Assembly (NCBI GenBank): GCA_963643215.1
Contig: CAVIJY010000002.1
Coordinates: 1,073-65,072, forward strand
DNA length: 64,000 nucleotides
Reading direction: 5' to 3'
Origin: Lachnospiraceae bacterium
GTDB lineage: Bacteria > Bacillota > Clostridia > Lachnospirales > Lachnospiraceae
The position numbers and the translations under genes are program-made. Within the stretch, counting starts at the first letter, position 1, and each line of letters starts with the position of its first letter. Shown here piece by piece: positions 10,373-20,348 of this stretch. The notes below the pieces were generated by a model, which did not search any database, was not told the origin of the DNA, and worked only from the letters and a program-made list of their open reading frames with translations.

Positions 10373-11238
10373 TATTTTACAGGAACTGCACCGGCTGCCG
10401 AGATGATCTCGCCTGCAGCCTCGGATGTCGCATAGTCGAAGAACAGCTGGGCTGCATCCGAGAGCTTTGCATCTGTCTTTGTGACAAGCACGAAGGGACG
10501 CTGTACCACATAGCTTCCGTCCTTGATGGTCTCCTCTGAGGGTGTCACTCCGCCCACATTCAGAGCCTTGACCGTATTCTTTACCGATGCAAGCGATGCA
10601 TATCCTATGGCTGCCGGATTCTGGGATACCGTCGTGATCACATCGCCTGTGGATGTGAGCTCCTGACGATACTTGCACGCATCCTTTGTTCCGGTGATTG
10701 TCTCAAAGCCGTCCCTTGTGCCCGAGCCTGCCTCGCGGCCTATAACCACAATTTCTGCATCCTCGCCTCCGAGATCCTTCCAGTTTGTGATCTCCCCTGT
10801 ATAGATCTTAGCGATGGTATCGACATCGATATCCGAGAGAGCATTATCCGGGTTGACTATGATTGCGATGCCGTCATATGCCAGAACCGTCTCCGTGAGT
10901 CCTGCCGACTTCTCATCATCCTTGAGTGCTCTTGACGAGAGACCTATATCGCAGCGTCCCTCCTGTACCGCCTGAATGCCTGAGCCCGATCCGGTCGGAT
11001 TGTAGCTGAAGCTGATCTTTGTGTCATTCTGGAACGCCTCGCCCAGAGCTCCTATAACCTTTTCCATAGATGTAGAGCCGTCTGTTGATACGCTTCCCGT
11101 AACCTGTGCCGCCGCTGCTGCCGCTGTTGTTGCGGTATCCGCTGCAGCTGATGTCTGATCTGCTGTCGATGCGGAGCATCCGGCCAGCATCGAAGAAGCC
11201 ATAAGTCCTGCCAACAAAACACTGATTGTCTTTTTCAT
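10372..11238 (-). CDS. pstS: Phosphate-binding lipoprotein PstS
   Basis: Lipobox LAGCSA and a PBP-like domain (YNPTGSGSGI, GREAGSGTRD). It is the first gene of the pst operon. Confidence 0.9.
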   Translation of the reverse strand: MKKTISVLLAGLMASSMLAGCSASTADQTSAAADTATTAAAAAAQVTGSVSTDGSTSMEKVIGALGEAFQNDTKISFSYNPTGSGSGIQAVQEGRCDIGLSSRALKDDEKSAGLTETVLAYDGIAIIVNPDNALSDIDVDTIAKIYTGEITNWKDLGGEDAEIVVIGREAGSGTRDGFETITGTKDACKYRQELTSTGDVITTVSQNPAAIGYASLASVKNTVKALNVGGVTPSEETIKDGSYVVQRPFVLVTKTDAKLSDAAQLFFDYATSEAAGEIISAAGAVPVK

Positions 11239-11320
11239 TTTTGTCCTCCAGATTTTTGATAACTCTGTTATCGTTTTTTCTTTTTATCTCCTCGTTACGG
11301 TTATCATTCTAGGAGTCGAA

Positions 11321-11360
11321 TGTAAAATCCAAAATGCAGGTTATGTAAAATCCATGTAAA
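11321..11360 (-). promoter_or_regulatory. Pho-box-like direct repeats upstream of pstS
   Basis: Minus strand has TTTACA at 11360, 11349 and 11326. The first two are exactly 11 bp apart (TTTACA-N5-TTTACA), as in the Bacillus PhoP box consensus TT(A/T/C)ACA. Confidence 0.5.
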
Positions 11361-11392
11361 AAAGGCGACCAGCCTTTCCGCTTGATCGCCTT
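11358..11392 (-). terminator. Intrinsic terminator after the hydrolase gene
   Basis: AAGGCGA...TCGCCTT stem directly after the stop, followed by a T run on the minus strand. Confidence 0.55.
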
Positions 11393-12148
11393 TTATTTGA
11401 AAAAATTTATAACCTCATGTATTGCCAGATCCATGGATTTCGGGTCGGAGAATCTGTGATCGGCATTCTCTGCCCGGATCAGCTCTATCACATTGTTTTC
11501 CGCGAATGCTTCCGAGACCTCTATAGGTACCATCTCATCCTTCGTCCCGTGTATTATCAGGATATCGTCGGCATAGTCCATATAGTCGTTTTTTGATATG
11601 TCGCAGCTTTTAAGCTCCTCTATGAACTCGCGGTCGAGCTTTATGATCCGGTCATGTCCCCGCTTTACGTCTCTTCCTCTTGCCAGCTGATCCCACTCCT
11701 CCTGGGTGAAGTCTCTGGTCAGAGACTCGTATATGTTTATGGCCGGGCACCTTAGCGCAATTCTTTTAAATGGATTGCCCCGATCAGCCAGATACTTTAA
11801 TGTCAGGTAAGCACCCAGGCTTGATGAATAATTATAAAGCGCTCCGGCATGCAATGTGCCTCTCGCGTACTCACAGACAAGCTCTATATATGACATGCAG
11901 TCCTCAAGCCTCAGCTTGTTTCTGGCATCAGTTCCGTGGCACGGCCAGTCCGGTGTGATCACAGCATAGCCCTTGTACTGGGAAAGAAGGCGCTCTGCAA
12001 ACTTTGATACGGCCTTGTTGTCCTTGTTTCCGCCAAAGCCGTAGGTAGCGATGACCGCCGACTGTATGTCCCGAGGATCCTTTGCATAATACAGCTTGCA
12101 TCGTACGCTGTATCCTCTTTCATTAATATCAGTATATTTTTCATTCAT
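11393..12148 (-). CDS. Alpha/beta hydrolase (dienelactone hydrolase / S9-like)
   Basis: Nucleophile elbow YSSSLGAY, then HGTKDEMV and ADHRF as a candidate catalytic triad. The start (MNEKY, 12148) is uncertain. Confidence 0.65.
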   Translation of the reverse strand: MNEKYTDINERGYSVRCKLYYAKDPRDIQSAVIATYGFGGNKDNKAVSKFAERLLSQYKGYAVITPDWPCHGTDARNKLRLEDCMSYIELVCEYARGTLHAGALYNYSSSLGAYLTLKYLADRGNPFKRIALRCPAINIYESLTRDFTQEEWDQLARGRDVKRGHDRIIKLDREFIEELKSCDISKNDYMDYADDILIIHGTKDEMVPIEVSEAFAENNVIELIRAENADHRFSDPKSMDLAIHEVINFFK

Positions 12149-12229
12149 GGCTCTTATACCCGAAAAAATCCGCACAGACAACCGGTACTCCGATGTATGT
12201 GCGGATCTTAATGATGTTGCAGTCAGTCT

Positions 12230-13132
12230 TTATTCGGCATCTGCGAACTTAGCTGAAAGCTCGTCTATGGTTCCTGCCTCCTTAAGCTTGGCGATAGATG
12301 CATTGATCTTCTCAAGAAGCTCTGTGTTGCCCTTCTGAACGGCGATAGCATACTCCTCTGAAGCAAATGCCTCATCATCCTCGACGATCTTCAGACCCTC
12401 GTTGTTCTTGATATACTGGTTAGCTGTTGCGGAGTCGATGACAACTACATCGCACTTTCCGTTTACCAGCTCGAGAACGGCCTCTGTGCCCTTCTTGAAG
12501 GCCTCATACTCATAGCCCATCTCCTGAACAGCTGTCTCACCCGTATAGCCCTGGATGACAGTGATCTTCTTGCCTTCCATATCGGAAGCCTTGGCGATAT
12601 CGGAATCCTCCTTAACGATCATAACCTGCTTAGCTACATAGTACGGATCTGAGAAATCAACAGCCTCCTTGCGCTCCTCGGTTACAGTCATTCCTGCTAC
12701 TACAGCATCGATCTGTCCGCCTGTAAGAGCTACAAGCAGGGAATCAAACTCCATGTTGTTGACCTTTACTGTTGCGCCGTTGTCATCTGCGATCAGCTTG
12801 AACATCTGCATATCAATGCCTGTGTATCCGTCTACTGACTCAGGATCATCAGCCTCTGCAGGCATCTCGAAGGGAGGGAACTCGGCATTTGTTCCGATGG
12901 TCCACACAACAGCTTCAGCAGCCTCTGCTGCGGTTGTCTCTGCTCCTGCAGCTGTTGTTTCTGCCTCGGCTGCAGTTGTCTCTGCCTCGGCAGCTGTTGT
13001 CTCTGCTGCTGCGGTTGTCTCCTCTGCCTTTGTCTCCGTTGTTGAAGACGATGAGCTGCAGGCTGTAAGAGCAGATACTGCCATCATTCCTGCAAGCGCC
13101 ATTGCTGCAAATTTCTTGATACTCTTTTTCAT
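12230..13132 (-). CDS. Amino-acid ABC transporter substrate-binding lipoprotein
   Basis: MKKSIKKF...LTACSS lipobox, an ETTAAE low-complexity linker, then a PBP type-3 domain. A good RBS (GGAGGAAGAATT) precedes the ATG at 13132. Confidence 0.85.
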   Translation of the reverse strand: MKKSIKKFAAMALAGMMAVSALTACSSSSSTTETKAEETTAAAETTAAEAETTAAEAETTAAGAETTAAEAAEAVVWTIGTNAEFPPFEMPAEADDPESVDGYTGIDMQMFKLIADDNGATVKVNNMEFDSLLVALTGGQIDAVVAGMTVTEERKEAVDFSDPYYVAKQVMIVKEDSDIAKASDMEGKKITVIQGYTGETAVQEMGYEYEAFKKGTEAVLELVNGKCDVVVIDSATANQYIKNNEGLKIVEDDEAFASEEYAIAVQKGNTELLEKINASIAKLKEAGTIDELSAKFADAE

Positions 13133-13287
13133 AATTCTTCCTCCATAAAAAAACAAATCTTATATTGCCTCCGGGCTTCTTTGAGACTCGAAGCATCCGG
13201 GAATGCACAACCTTCATCGTCCATCGGACTCAATGCATTGTTTTAGCACATTTATCATTTTTGTCAACATGATGCCGCAAAATGTGC

Positions 13288-14016
13288 CTACAGCACCTTG
13301 CTCAGGAACTGCTTTGTGCGGTCGTTCTGCGGATTTGCAAATACAGCCTTGGGATCTCCGCTTTCCGCGACAACTCCGTCGTCTATGAACAGAAGCCTGG
13401 TTCCCACCTCTCTGGCAAATCCCATCTCATGAGTCACAACTACCATCGTCATGCCCTGCTCGGCCAGATTTCTCATTACATCAAGAACCTCACCGACCAT
13501 CTCCGGATCAAGTGCCGATGTCGGCTCATCAAAAAGCATGATCTCCGGATCCATCTCCAGAGCTCTGGCTATAGCCACACGCTGCTTCTGACCTCCCGAC
13601 AGCGCTGCCGGATAATCGTCAGCCCGATCCCCGAGCCCGACACGCTTTAAAAGCTCCAGACCCTTCTCTCTTGCCTGCTCCGGCGTCATCTTCTTGAGCT
13701 TAACCGGTGCAAGCGTGATATTCTCCATGACTGTCAGATGCGGGAACAGATTGAACTGCTGAAACACCATACCCATCTTCTGCCTGATCTGGTTGACATC
13801 TACCTTGCTGTCATTTATCTTCACACCGTCAATGATGATATCACCCTCGCTCGGCTCCTCAAGAAGATTCAGGCATCGAAGAAATGTGCTCTTTCCAGAG
13901 CCTGACGGGCCGATCACTACGACAACCTCGCCCTTGTCTATGTGCTCGTCGACACCGCACAGAACCTCTTTGTCTCCGAATTTTTTATGAAGATTTTTTA
14001 CCTGTATCATCGCCAT
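13288..14016 (-). CDS. Amino-acid ABC transporter ATP-binding protein (GlnQ-like)
   Basis: Walker [10 protein letters not shown], signature [15 protein letters not shown] and Walker [12 protein letters not shown]. The start was set at the ATG at 14016, 6 nt after GAGGTGA. Confidence 0.9.
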   Translation of the reverse strand: MAMIQVKNLHKKFGDKEVLCGVDEHIDKGEVVVVIGPSGSGKSTFLRCLNLLEEPSEGDIIIDGVKINDSKVDVNQIRQKMGMVFQQFNLFPHLTVMENITLAPVKLKKMTPEQAREKGLELLKRVGLGDRADDYPAALSGGQKQRVAIARALEMDPEIMLFDEPTSALDPEMVGEVLDVMRNLAEQGMTMVVVTHEMGFAREVGTRLLFIDDGVVAESGDPKAVFANPQNDRTKQFLSKVL

Positions 14017-14024
14017 GTCGCCGA

Positions 14025-14714
14025 TCACCTCATCTCCGACTTTCTCAGTTTCTCCTCACACCTTCCCAGAACCAGTGTAAGCAGCTTCACAAGCACAAAG
14101 TATATAACCGCGGTTCCGATCAGCGGCATGAACGGCTTGTATGTTGCTGATTTTATGAAGTCGCCTGCCTTCTGGATATCTACAAGCCCTACATATCCTA
14201 CTATGGCCGTTTCCTTGATCAATGTGATAAACTCATTGCCCATAGCCGGGAATATATTCTTGACCGCCTGCGGAACTACTATATATGTCATGGTCTGGCT
14301 CGCGGACAGTCCGAGAGACCTTCCCGCCTCCGTCTGCCCCTTGTCTATGGACATGATGCCCGCACGGATGATCTCCGATACATATGCTCCGGAATTGATG
14401 CCGAAGGCGATTGATACGATGATCCATTTCGGCCAGTCGATGGTGGCAAATACTACAAAGTATATGATCATCAGCTGTGTGACCGAGGGTGTGCCTCTTA
14501 TGACATCCGTATATATCTTGCCAAGTCTGTTGAGAAGCTTGTTCTTCGACAGATTGCAAAGAGCCACCAGAAATCCGATGATCATGCCCAGCACTGCCGC
14601 AAATATCGAAACCTTGATAGTGACAGCAAGGCCGTCCACAAACATCAGATATCTATCTTTTTTTATAAAGCATTGATAGAAATCGGCTACTATTTTACTC
14701 CACCACTCGCTCAC
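14025..14714 (-). CDS. Amino-acid ABC transporter permease (HisM/GlnP-like)
   Basis: 229-aa multi-TM protein with a GTP..TQL motif region and a GTG start. Confidence 0.85.
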   Translation of the reverse strand: MSEWWSKIVADFYQCFIKKDRYLMFVDGLAVTIKVSIFAAVLGMIIGFLVALCNLSKNKLLNRLGKIYTDVIRGTPSVTQLMIIYFVVFATIDWPKWIIVSIAFGINSGAYVSEIIRAGIMSIDKGQTEAGRSLGLSASQTMTYIVVPQAVKNIFPAMGNEFITLIKETAIVGYVGLVDIQKAGDFIKSATYKPFMPLIGTAVIYFVLVKLLTLVLGRCEEKLRKSEMR

Positions 14715-14771
14715 CGTATTACCTCACCGCATTTTTATAAATATGCATTTCTCGCAACTTTCGCCGAATTA

Positions 14772-14841
14772 TGGTTCGGGTGCACCCGAACCTCCGATTA
14801 CTCGGATTGTTTCGTGCTTCGCACTCCCACAATCCGGTCTC
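14772..14841 (-). repeat. Structured intergenic repeat, family 1, copy A
   Basis: Near-identical to 23634-23702 and 47244-47313. Contains the perfect 20-bp palindrome GGTTCGGGTGCACCCGAACC plus a nested hairpin GGATTGT..GTGC-GAA-GCAC..ACAATCC. Confidence 0.85.
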
Positions 14842-14985
14842 CATTCGGATTCTCGTGGGGCTTTTGCCCCACTTCATCCTCATTGAGAGGCGTGTCATAA
14901 ACTCTATCTCCCACCGACATGTCCCTAAAGGGACTAGCTGCGCGTCGCAGCATGTCGTGGGAGATGAGTTTTGACACTGTAATCA

Positions 14986-14994
14986 ATTATATCA
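14986..14994 (-). promoter_or_regulatory. Extended -10 promoter element (TGATATAAT) for the amino-acid ABC operon leader
   Basis: Minus strand reads TGATATAAT about 270 nt upstream of the permease start. The -35 is weak. Confidence 0.45.
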
Positions 14995-15028
14995 CAACCT
15001 GCATAAAAATGCACTATTTTTATTGTAT

Positions 15029-15562
15029 TTATTCAAGTGCGGTATTTTTAGCCTTGTTTATGGCGCTTCTCACTGCCGGAACGCTCAATATTGCAAATGT
15101 GATCACTGCCTCGGCTCCTATGTAGATGATGTTGTATACTGCCGAGTACGGCGCTGCTCCCCAGCCCTCCCATGCATATTCACCGAAGAATATCCAGCCT
15201 GAAAGAAAAGAGCACAGCCATCTTCCTGCACAGCCTGCAAGATATCCGACCTTCAATCCGTTCCTTGCGTTTGAGAAAAGACCCGCGCACAGCCCCAGCA
15301 CCGCAAATGCGCCGTAGTCAAGCACAACCTGTACAGGCGTCAGAAAATACGGCTCCATGACGAACTGAAGCAGTCCGTAAGCCGCTCCTGCGCAAAAGCC
15401 GGTCACCGGTCCGAAGAAATATCCGGGAAGCGCGCCGAACAGCATGGAGCACAGCGTAAGCGACCCTCCGGTCGGAAAGCTGAACAGCTTGATCATGCTT
15501 GTGACCGTGGCCAGCGCAACACACATGGCGCTGTAGACAAGAACCTTAACATTTTTAGACAT
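15029..15562 (-). CDS. thiT: ECF-type S component, thiamine transporter ThiT-like
   Basis: 177-aa six-TM protein directly downstream of a TPP riboswitch. The ATG at 15562 is preceded by an AAGGAGG Shine-Dalgarno. Confidence 0.65.
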   Translation of the reverse strand: MSKNVKVLVYSAMCVALATVTSMIKLFSFPTGGSLTLCSMLFGALPGYFFGPVTGFCAGAAYGLLQFVMEPYFLTPVQVVLDYGAFAVLGLCAGLFSNARNGLKVGYLAGCAGRWLCSFLSGWIFFGEYAWEGWGAAPYSAVYNIIYIGAEAVITFAILSVPAVRSAINKAKNTALE

Positions 15563-15638
15563 AAAAAAACCTCCTTCTGATATAGGAGGGGGATACAGGC
15601 GCAGAAAGCACGCCTTTCGCGCGCTCTGCAGTATCAAT

Positions 15639-15747
15639 GCTTCCTTCCGCCGGCATTATCCGGTTCAAGTTATAAGGGTCAGCCGCGACACGCACCCGGT
15701 ATCAAACCTCCGTGCATACGCCGGCCTTCTCAGCATCTGCTCCCCCA
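15639..15747 (-). promoter_or_regulatory. TPP (THI-box) riboswitch
   Basis: Minus strand reads GGGGGAGC..GCTGAGA..ACCCTTATAACTTGAACCGGATAATGCCGGCGGAAGGAAGC, which matches the THI-box core. Downstream, CCCTCCT could sequester the AGGAGG Shine-Dalgarno. Confidence 0.88.
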
Positions 15748-15825
15748 GCAATTTGGACACTTACAGTATATACAAAAAGCCTGTTAAAGCAACAGTGATT
15801 TCTTTCTTCTGCATCAACAGGTCTT

Positions 15826-17415
15826 CTACATCAGTGGAGCGAAGAGTCTGAAGAAGACCTGCATCAGCAATTTTCCTCTTCCCAGACGCGTCCCGTAGTC
15901 CTGCGTCACCTCGCGGGCCTGAGACATCATATGCTCAAGATCCTTTTTCGTATCCTCCACGGCCCTGCAGTTCATATATACGCAACCGTTTTCAAACTGA
16001 TGATAAAAGCTGCGATAGTCAAGATTGACGGTGCCGCAGGTGGCTACCAGATCATCTGCCACACACAGCTTGCAATGGGAAAATCCCGGCGACCATTCAA
16101 ATATCCGCACCCCGTTTCTGACCAGCATGGAATAATACGATCTGGTCGCATTGTATACCAGCTTTTTGTCCGGTATGCCGGGAGTGATTATCCGAACATC
16201 CACGCCGCGCTTGGCCGCTATGCTTAGCTCGTGCGCCATCTCATCCGTGATGATAAGATACGGCGTTGCAAACCAGCAGTATTCCGTGGCCTTGTCTATG
16301 ACCGTTATATAAACCTCCTCTCCCACATGCTCATGTCCGAGAGGGCTGTCCGCATACGGCTGCACAAATGCATCCTCTTGTGCCTGATGCTCTGTCTGCG
16401 GCATGAATCTGTCAAAATCCGCCTCATGATCCACCTGATCCTTCTGATAGCGGCTCTTTACTGCATTCCAGTTTTCCAGAAATGTGGCCGTCATGCTGCG
16501 AACCGCCTGCCCGGTTATCCTTATACCGGCATCCTTCCATTCTCCGTACGGCTGAGTGATATTAAAATACTCGTTGGCCAGATTATAGCCTCCGGTAAAT
16601 CCTGTCACGCCGTCTATGACGCATATCTTGCGGTGATCGCGATTGTTAAGAAATATATTCAGGCCGGGAAGAAAAGGATTGAAAAACCTGCATTTTATCC
16701 CCTTTGATGTCAGCCGACGCCTGAATTCTCTGTTGTTCACAAAAAATATGGAGCCGATGTCGTCATAGAATACGCGCACCTCCACTCCCGCGGCTGCACG
16801 CTCGGCGAGCAGCTCCTCTATCTCATGCCAGGTCTCCTTGTCCTCTATTGCATAATATTCCATGAATATAAATGACTCTGCCCTGCTGATAGCCTCCTTT
16901 TGCGCCTTCAGACACTCGGATGCCGATGAGAAGTATTTGATATCTGTATTCTGATAAACCGGATATCCGGCAGTGTTTTCGATATAGTGTGCAATGTTGT
17001 GCAAATGCCGGCTGAGGCCTCTGAGTCTGACCGACGCGGCATCGGTATCCTCTCCGGCCTGCCCCTCTTTAAGCTTGGGCAAGACTATGGCGTCTATATC
17101 CTCGTACCGTCTGCGCATCCTCTTTGTCGAAAGATTCAGACCGACCATCAGATACAGACCTATGCCCACCACAGGAAGCGTCATGATCAATATAATCCAC
17201 GGAAGCTTTGTGCTTGCTGCGCTGTCGCTGCTGTAGATGGCCAGCGCCAGTATCAGCGCGATGACCGTTAGAGACCGTGTCAGCCATTCCACAGCCGATG
17301 TGAGCTGGCCGATCTGTCTTGTCAGCAGCAATATCTCAAGCAATATGATAAGCGTCGTGAGCAGCAATCTTCCCACGCCGCTTCGCACCGCCGCCTTCTT
17401 TTCAACTGTATTCAT
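15826..17415 (-). CDS. cls: Cardiolipin synthase
   Basis: N-terminal TM helices plus two PLD HKD motifs (NRDHRKICVIDG and FSHCKLCVADD). The start codon is uncertain (ATG at 17415 or GTG at 17448). Confidence 0.85.
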   Translation of the reverse strand: MNTVEKKAAVRSGVGRLLLTTLIILLEILLLTRQIGQLTSAVEWLTRSLTVIALILALAIYSSDSAASTKLPWIILIMTLPVVGIGLYLMVGLNLSTKRMRRRYEDIDAIVLPKLKEGQAGEDTDAASVRLRGLSRHLHNIAHYIENTAGYPVYQNTDIKYFSSASECLKAQKEAISRAESFIFMEYYAIEDKETWHEIEELLAERAAAGVEVRVFYDDIGSIFFVNNREFRRRLTSKGIKCRFFNPFLPGLNIFLNNRDHRKICVIDGVTGFTGGYNLANEYFNITQPYGEWKDAGIRITGQAVRSMTATFLENWNAVKSRYQKDQVDHEADFDRFMPQTEHQAQEDAFVQPYADSPLGHEHVGEEVYITVIDKATEYCWFATPYLIITDEMAHELSIAAKRGVDVRIITPGIPDKKLVYNATRSYYSMLVRNGVRIFEWSPGFSHCKLCVADDLVATCGTVNLDYRSFYHQFENGCVYMNCRAVEDTKKDLEHMMSQAREVTQDYGTRLGRGKLLMQVFFRLFAPLM

Positions 17416-17523
17416 CCGATTAAATCCGTGACTCAACCTGTAGCTCACACTCCCTTGTAAAGTCAGACACTTGCTACACTATAACACAGCGGACACACCG
17501 TGTCAGTGTGTCCGCGTATTTTT

Positions 17524-17609
17524 ACGCGAAGCAATGAGTCAAAGTCTGAGCTTGCTCAAGACCTTGATGAATGCCGCGATAGCGAGGGAACACGCGAAGC
17601 GTGTTCCCG
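17524..17609 (+). repeat. Intergenic repeat, family 2, copy a (opposite orientation to the other two)
   Basis: ACGCGAAGCAATGAGTCAAAGTCTGAGCTTGCTCAAGACCTTGATGAATGCCGCGATAGCGAGG plus hairpin GGGAACACGCGAAGCGTGTTCCC. It is preceded by a hairpin (17491-17513) and a T run. Confidence 0.75.
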
Positions 17610-17612
17610 AGA

Positions 17613-18182
17613 TCACACAAACTTCACTATATCATCAAAGGCCAGCTTTGGTACATAGTAGTTGCGCTCGTCATCGACCCAGTACTTCAGCTCTCCGTCC
17701 TTCGCATCTGTCAGTGTGCTGGTGCAGCCAGGCTTTCCTATGGCTATCACAAGTCTTACAGACAGCTCGTCGGGGATGGATAAAAGCTCCTTTATCCCGC
17801 TTCTGACCACATTGCCCATGATGCAGCTTCCGTACCCTTTTTCGTACAGTGAAGCAACTATGGCATGTGTCGCTATGCCTGCGTCCACATCTGCCGCGCC
17901 CGGCGCTCCTGTCTCACACACAACTATAAATGCCGTAGGCTGCTCGTCCTTATGCGGCGTTCCTACTGACGGGTCGAGAGCCGCGGCAAATCTGACCAGA
18001 GGCTGCATCCGCTCCAGCGTCTCTGATCCGTTTACTGCATAGTAGCGAAGCGGCTGTTTGTTGCTTGCGCTGTTTGCTATTCTGGCATTTTCAAGCGCAT
18101 ATCTGAGTACATCCTCAGGCACCGGATCCTGCAGAAATCTCCTGTAGGTCCTGCACCCGAGCTGTATTTCATGCATATTCAT
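17613..18182 (-). CDS. Nitroreductase-family oxidoreductase
   Basis: Nitroreductase-like sequence (CRTYRRF, NKQPLRYYAV, GSCIMGN). The start was chosen 8 nt after GGAGG. Confidence 0.75.
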   Translation of the reverse strand: MNMHEIQLGCRTYRRFLQDPVPEDVLRYALENARIANSASNKQPLRYYAVNGSETLERMQPLVRFAAALDPSVGTPHKDEQPTAFIVVCETGAPGAADVDAGIATHAIVASLYEKGYGSCIMGNVVRSGIKELLSIPDELSVRLVIAIGKPGCTSTLTDAKDGELKYWVDDERNYYVPKLAFDDIVKFV

Positions 18183-18244
18183 TGACATATCCTCCTTTGT
18201 TCTGGCTCCTTCAGTATTTTCTGTGCTGCCCATCGGCATTTAGC

Positions 18245-18976
18245 TTACATCATAAAATATTGACATTCCTGACGATATGCTTCAGCTTCTTTTTGCATCA
18301 ATTCCAGTAATTTATCGACCTTTTGATGTTCTCTGAATTCTTTCAGACCTTCCAGATACCTGCTTCTGTCATCATCTAAAATGATAAACGGTTCCAGCTC
18401 ATCATATTTTAAGCTTTCCCGAAACAATATCATTCTTCCTGTTCTTCCGTTTCCATCCTGAAACGGATGAATTGACTCATATTTTGCATGAAATTCAGCA
18501 AGTGCTTTCATGCTTTTCTCTTGGCTGTGATACCGATCCAAAAGCTGCTTCATCTCTGTTTCCACATCTTTTGGCAAAGGGGTTTTATACATTCCTATCA
18601 TATTCGGGCGCTTCTTATAATCTCCGATAGCATATCCATTTGCCCGGTCTTCAAAAACTCCTGATTTTAATTCGTAATGCATCTGTTTAATCAAATCTTC
18701 TGTCAATTCCTCTTCCAGTGTATCCAGCATATAATTAAACATCAGGAAATGCCCGTTCATCTCTTCTACATCTTTCGCACGATAATAGTCGTCACTGGCC
18801 GGTAATGTTCCATTATCAAACAATGATGCCGTCTGTTCGGGCGTCAGCGTGCTTCCTTCGATTTTATTTGAATTATATGCCATCGCTCTTTGTGTATAGG
18901 CATAAACTCCTGATCTGTCAAATCGCTTTCGTTCTATTTTAAATCGTTCAACTAACCATTGTTTAAATTCCGGCAT
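18245..18976 (-). CDS. Fic-family protein (class II, with autoinhibitory SxxxEG helix)
   Basis: Fic motif HPFQDGNGRTGR, plus N-terminal SNKIEG matching the inhibitory [ST]xxxE[GN] motif. Confidence 0.85.
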   Translation of the reverse strand: MPEFKQWLVERFKIERKRFDRSGVYAYTQRAMAYNSNKIEGSTLTPEQTASLFDNGTLPASDDYYRAKDVEEMNGHFLMFNYMLDTLEEELTEDLIKQMHYELKSGVFEDRANGYAIGDYKKRPNMIGMYKTPLPKDVETEMKQLLDRYHSQEKSMKALAEFHAKYESIHPFQDGNGRTGRMILFRESLKYDELEPFIILDDDRSRYLEGLKEFREHQKVDKLLELMQKEAEAYRQECQYFMM

Positions 18977-19034
18977 CCTGATATCACCTCTTTTCTGTCC
19001 GAAATATTTTTTGAAGCATTCAAATCATCCGGAC

Positions 19035-20171
19035 TCAATAGTTCTCGTCTCCGCGGTCAATATTGATCCTGCATACATACTTATCATCGATCTCGAGCAT
19101 CAGCTTCGAAATCTGCTCCTTAAGTCTCTCCTCCTGCTGCGATGTATACCTGTACGGCACGGACAGATCAAAGCTTATGGGATGCTTTGCCCCGAACCTG
19201 ACCTGCAGATCGTGAAAGCCGGCATCAGGATCTAGTATTCCCAGCACCTGTGTCAGCTTGTCCCTGATCTTCAGTACACGGGCATCGTCCATCTCCGTGG
19301 GATCCACATGTACCACAAGATCTATCCCGTACTGCTCCTTGACGCCCTTCTCTATATGATCGGCCAGATGATGCGAGTCTATAAGCGAAAGGCTCTGGGG
19401 AACCTCGACATGGAGCGAGCCCATGTACCTTCCCGGGCCGTAGCCGTGAAGAATGATATCGTGAACGTCAACCACTCCCTCATATCCTATCACCGTGCTC
19501 CTGATCTTTTCTATAAGCGCCGGATCCGCTCTGTCTCCCAGCAGCATACCGACAGAATCCTTCATGATGCCGATTCCGCTCCACAGCACGATGCAGGATA
19601 TCAGAAGTCCTGCGTATCCGTCGATATTTATCCCCTTTGTATGATAGATTCCGACCGATATCAGTGTCGCGCCCGATGCGAAGGCATCCATGAGTGAATC
19701 CATGGCTGTCGCGTCGATGGTTCTGTTGTCAGTCTTTGCTGCCAGCGCCTTATTGAATACAAAAAGCCCGAGCTTTATGAATATGGATATTATCAGCAGA
19801 ATCAGCGATATGCTGTGCACGGTCAGCGGCTGCGGATTGCGGATATTCTCGACGGAGCTTTTCAGAAAATCTATTCCCACATTGAAGATCAGTACGGCTA
19901 TCACAAGAGTCGCTATATACTCCATCCTTCCGTATCCGAAGGGATGCTCTCTGTCTGTCGGCCTTCCGGATATCCTTGCCGCGGCAAGCGCTATCACGGA
20001 CGAGGCCGCGTCCGACATATTGTTGAACGCATCCGCGGTCACAGCGGTGGAATGACTCACCAGTCCTACACCCAGCTTCACGGCCGATAAAAGAACATTG
20101 CAGACAATGCCTGCAATCCCCGACAGTATGCCGTATTCAGTTCTTGTCTTGCCGGAGTTTTCTGCTCCCAT
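19035..20171 (-). CDS. Cation diffusion facilitator family transporter
   Basis: Six TM helices with a CDF signature region and a C-terminal cytoplasmic domain. Confidence 0.85.
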   Translation of the reverse strand: MGAENSGKTRTEYGILSGIAGIVCNVLLSAVKLGVGLVSHSTAVTADAFNNMSDAASSVIALAAARISGRPTDREHPFGYGRMEYIATLVIAVLIFNVGIDFLKSSVENIRNPQPLTVHSISLILLIISIFIKLGLFVFNKALAAKTDNRTIDATAMDSLMDAFASGATLISVGIYHTKGINIDGYAGLLISCIVLWSGIGIMKDSVGMLLGDRADPALIEKIRSTVIGYEGVVDVHDIILHGYGPGRYMGSLHVEVPQSLSLIDSHHLADHIEKGVKEQYGIDLVVHVDPTEMDDARVLKIRDKLTQVLGILDPDAGFHDLQVRFGAKHPISFDLSVPYRYTSQQEERLKEQISKLMLEIDDKYVCRINIDRGDENY

Positions 20172-20348
20172 CGTCTATGCACGCTCCGTTTTATATATTG
20201 TGCCGAAGCACATTCCTCATGATAATATCTGCATACTTTGTTAGTCAATTACAACAGCTTCGAAAGCAGAACCCGTGTCCATACTCTCGAAGCTGTCTGT
20301 TTTACATATTCTGCTTTTATATTCCGATGCCGGCTGATCCGTGTAAGC

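Noticed and set aside
14772-14841. Family-1 palindrome as a rho-independent terminator or T-box terminator.
   Set aside because: No U tract follows the GGTTCGGGTGCACCCGAACC hairpin in any copy. In copies A and C it lies upstream of the gene that must be transcribed through it.
20172-20348. Possible NiCo (czcD) riboswitch upstream of the CDF transporter. A 10-bp stem ACAGCTTCGA...TCGAAGCTGT and a GTGC-TTCG-GCAC hairpin are present.
   Set aside because: There is no recognisable four-way-junction consensus. The hairpin may simply be the terminator of the upstream CarD-like gene.
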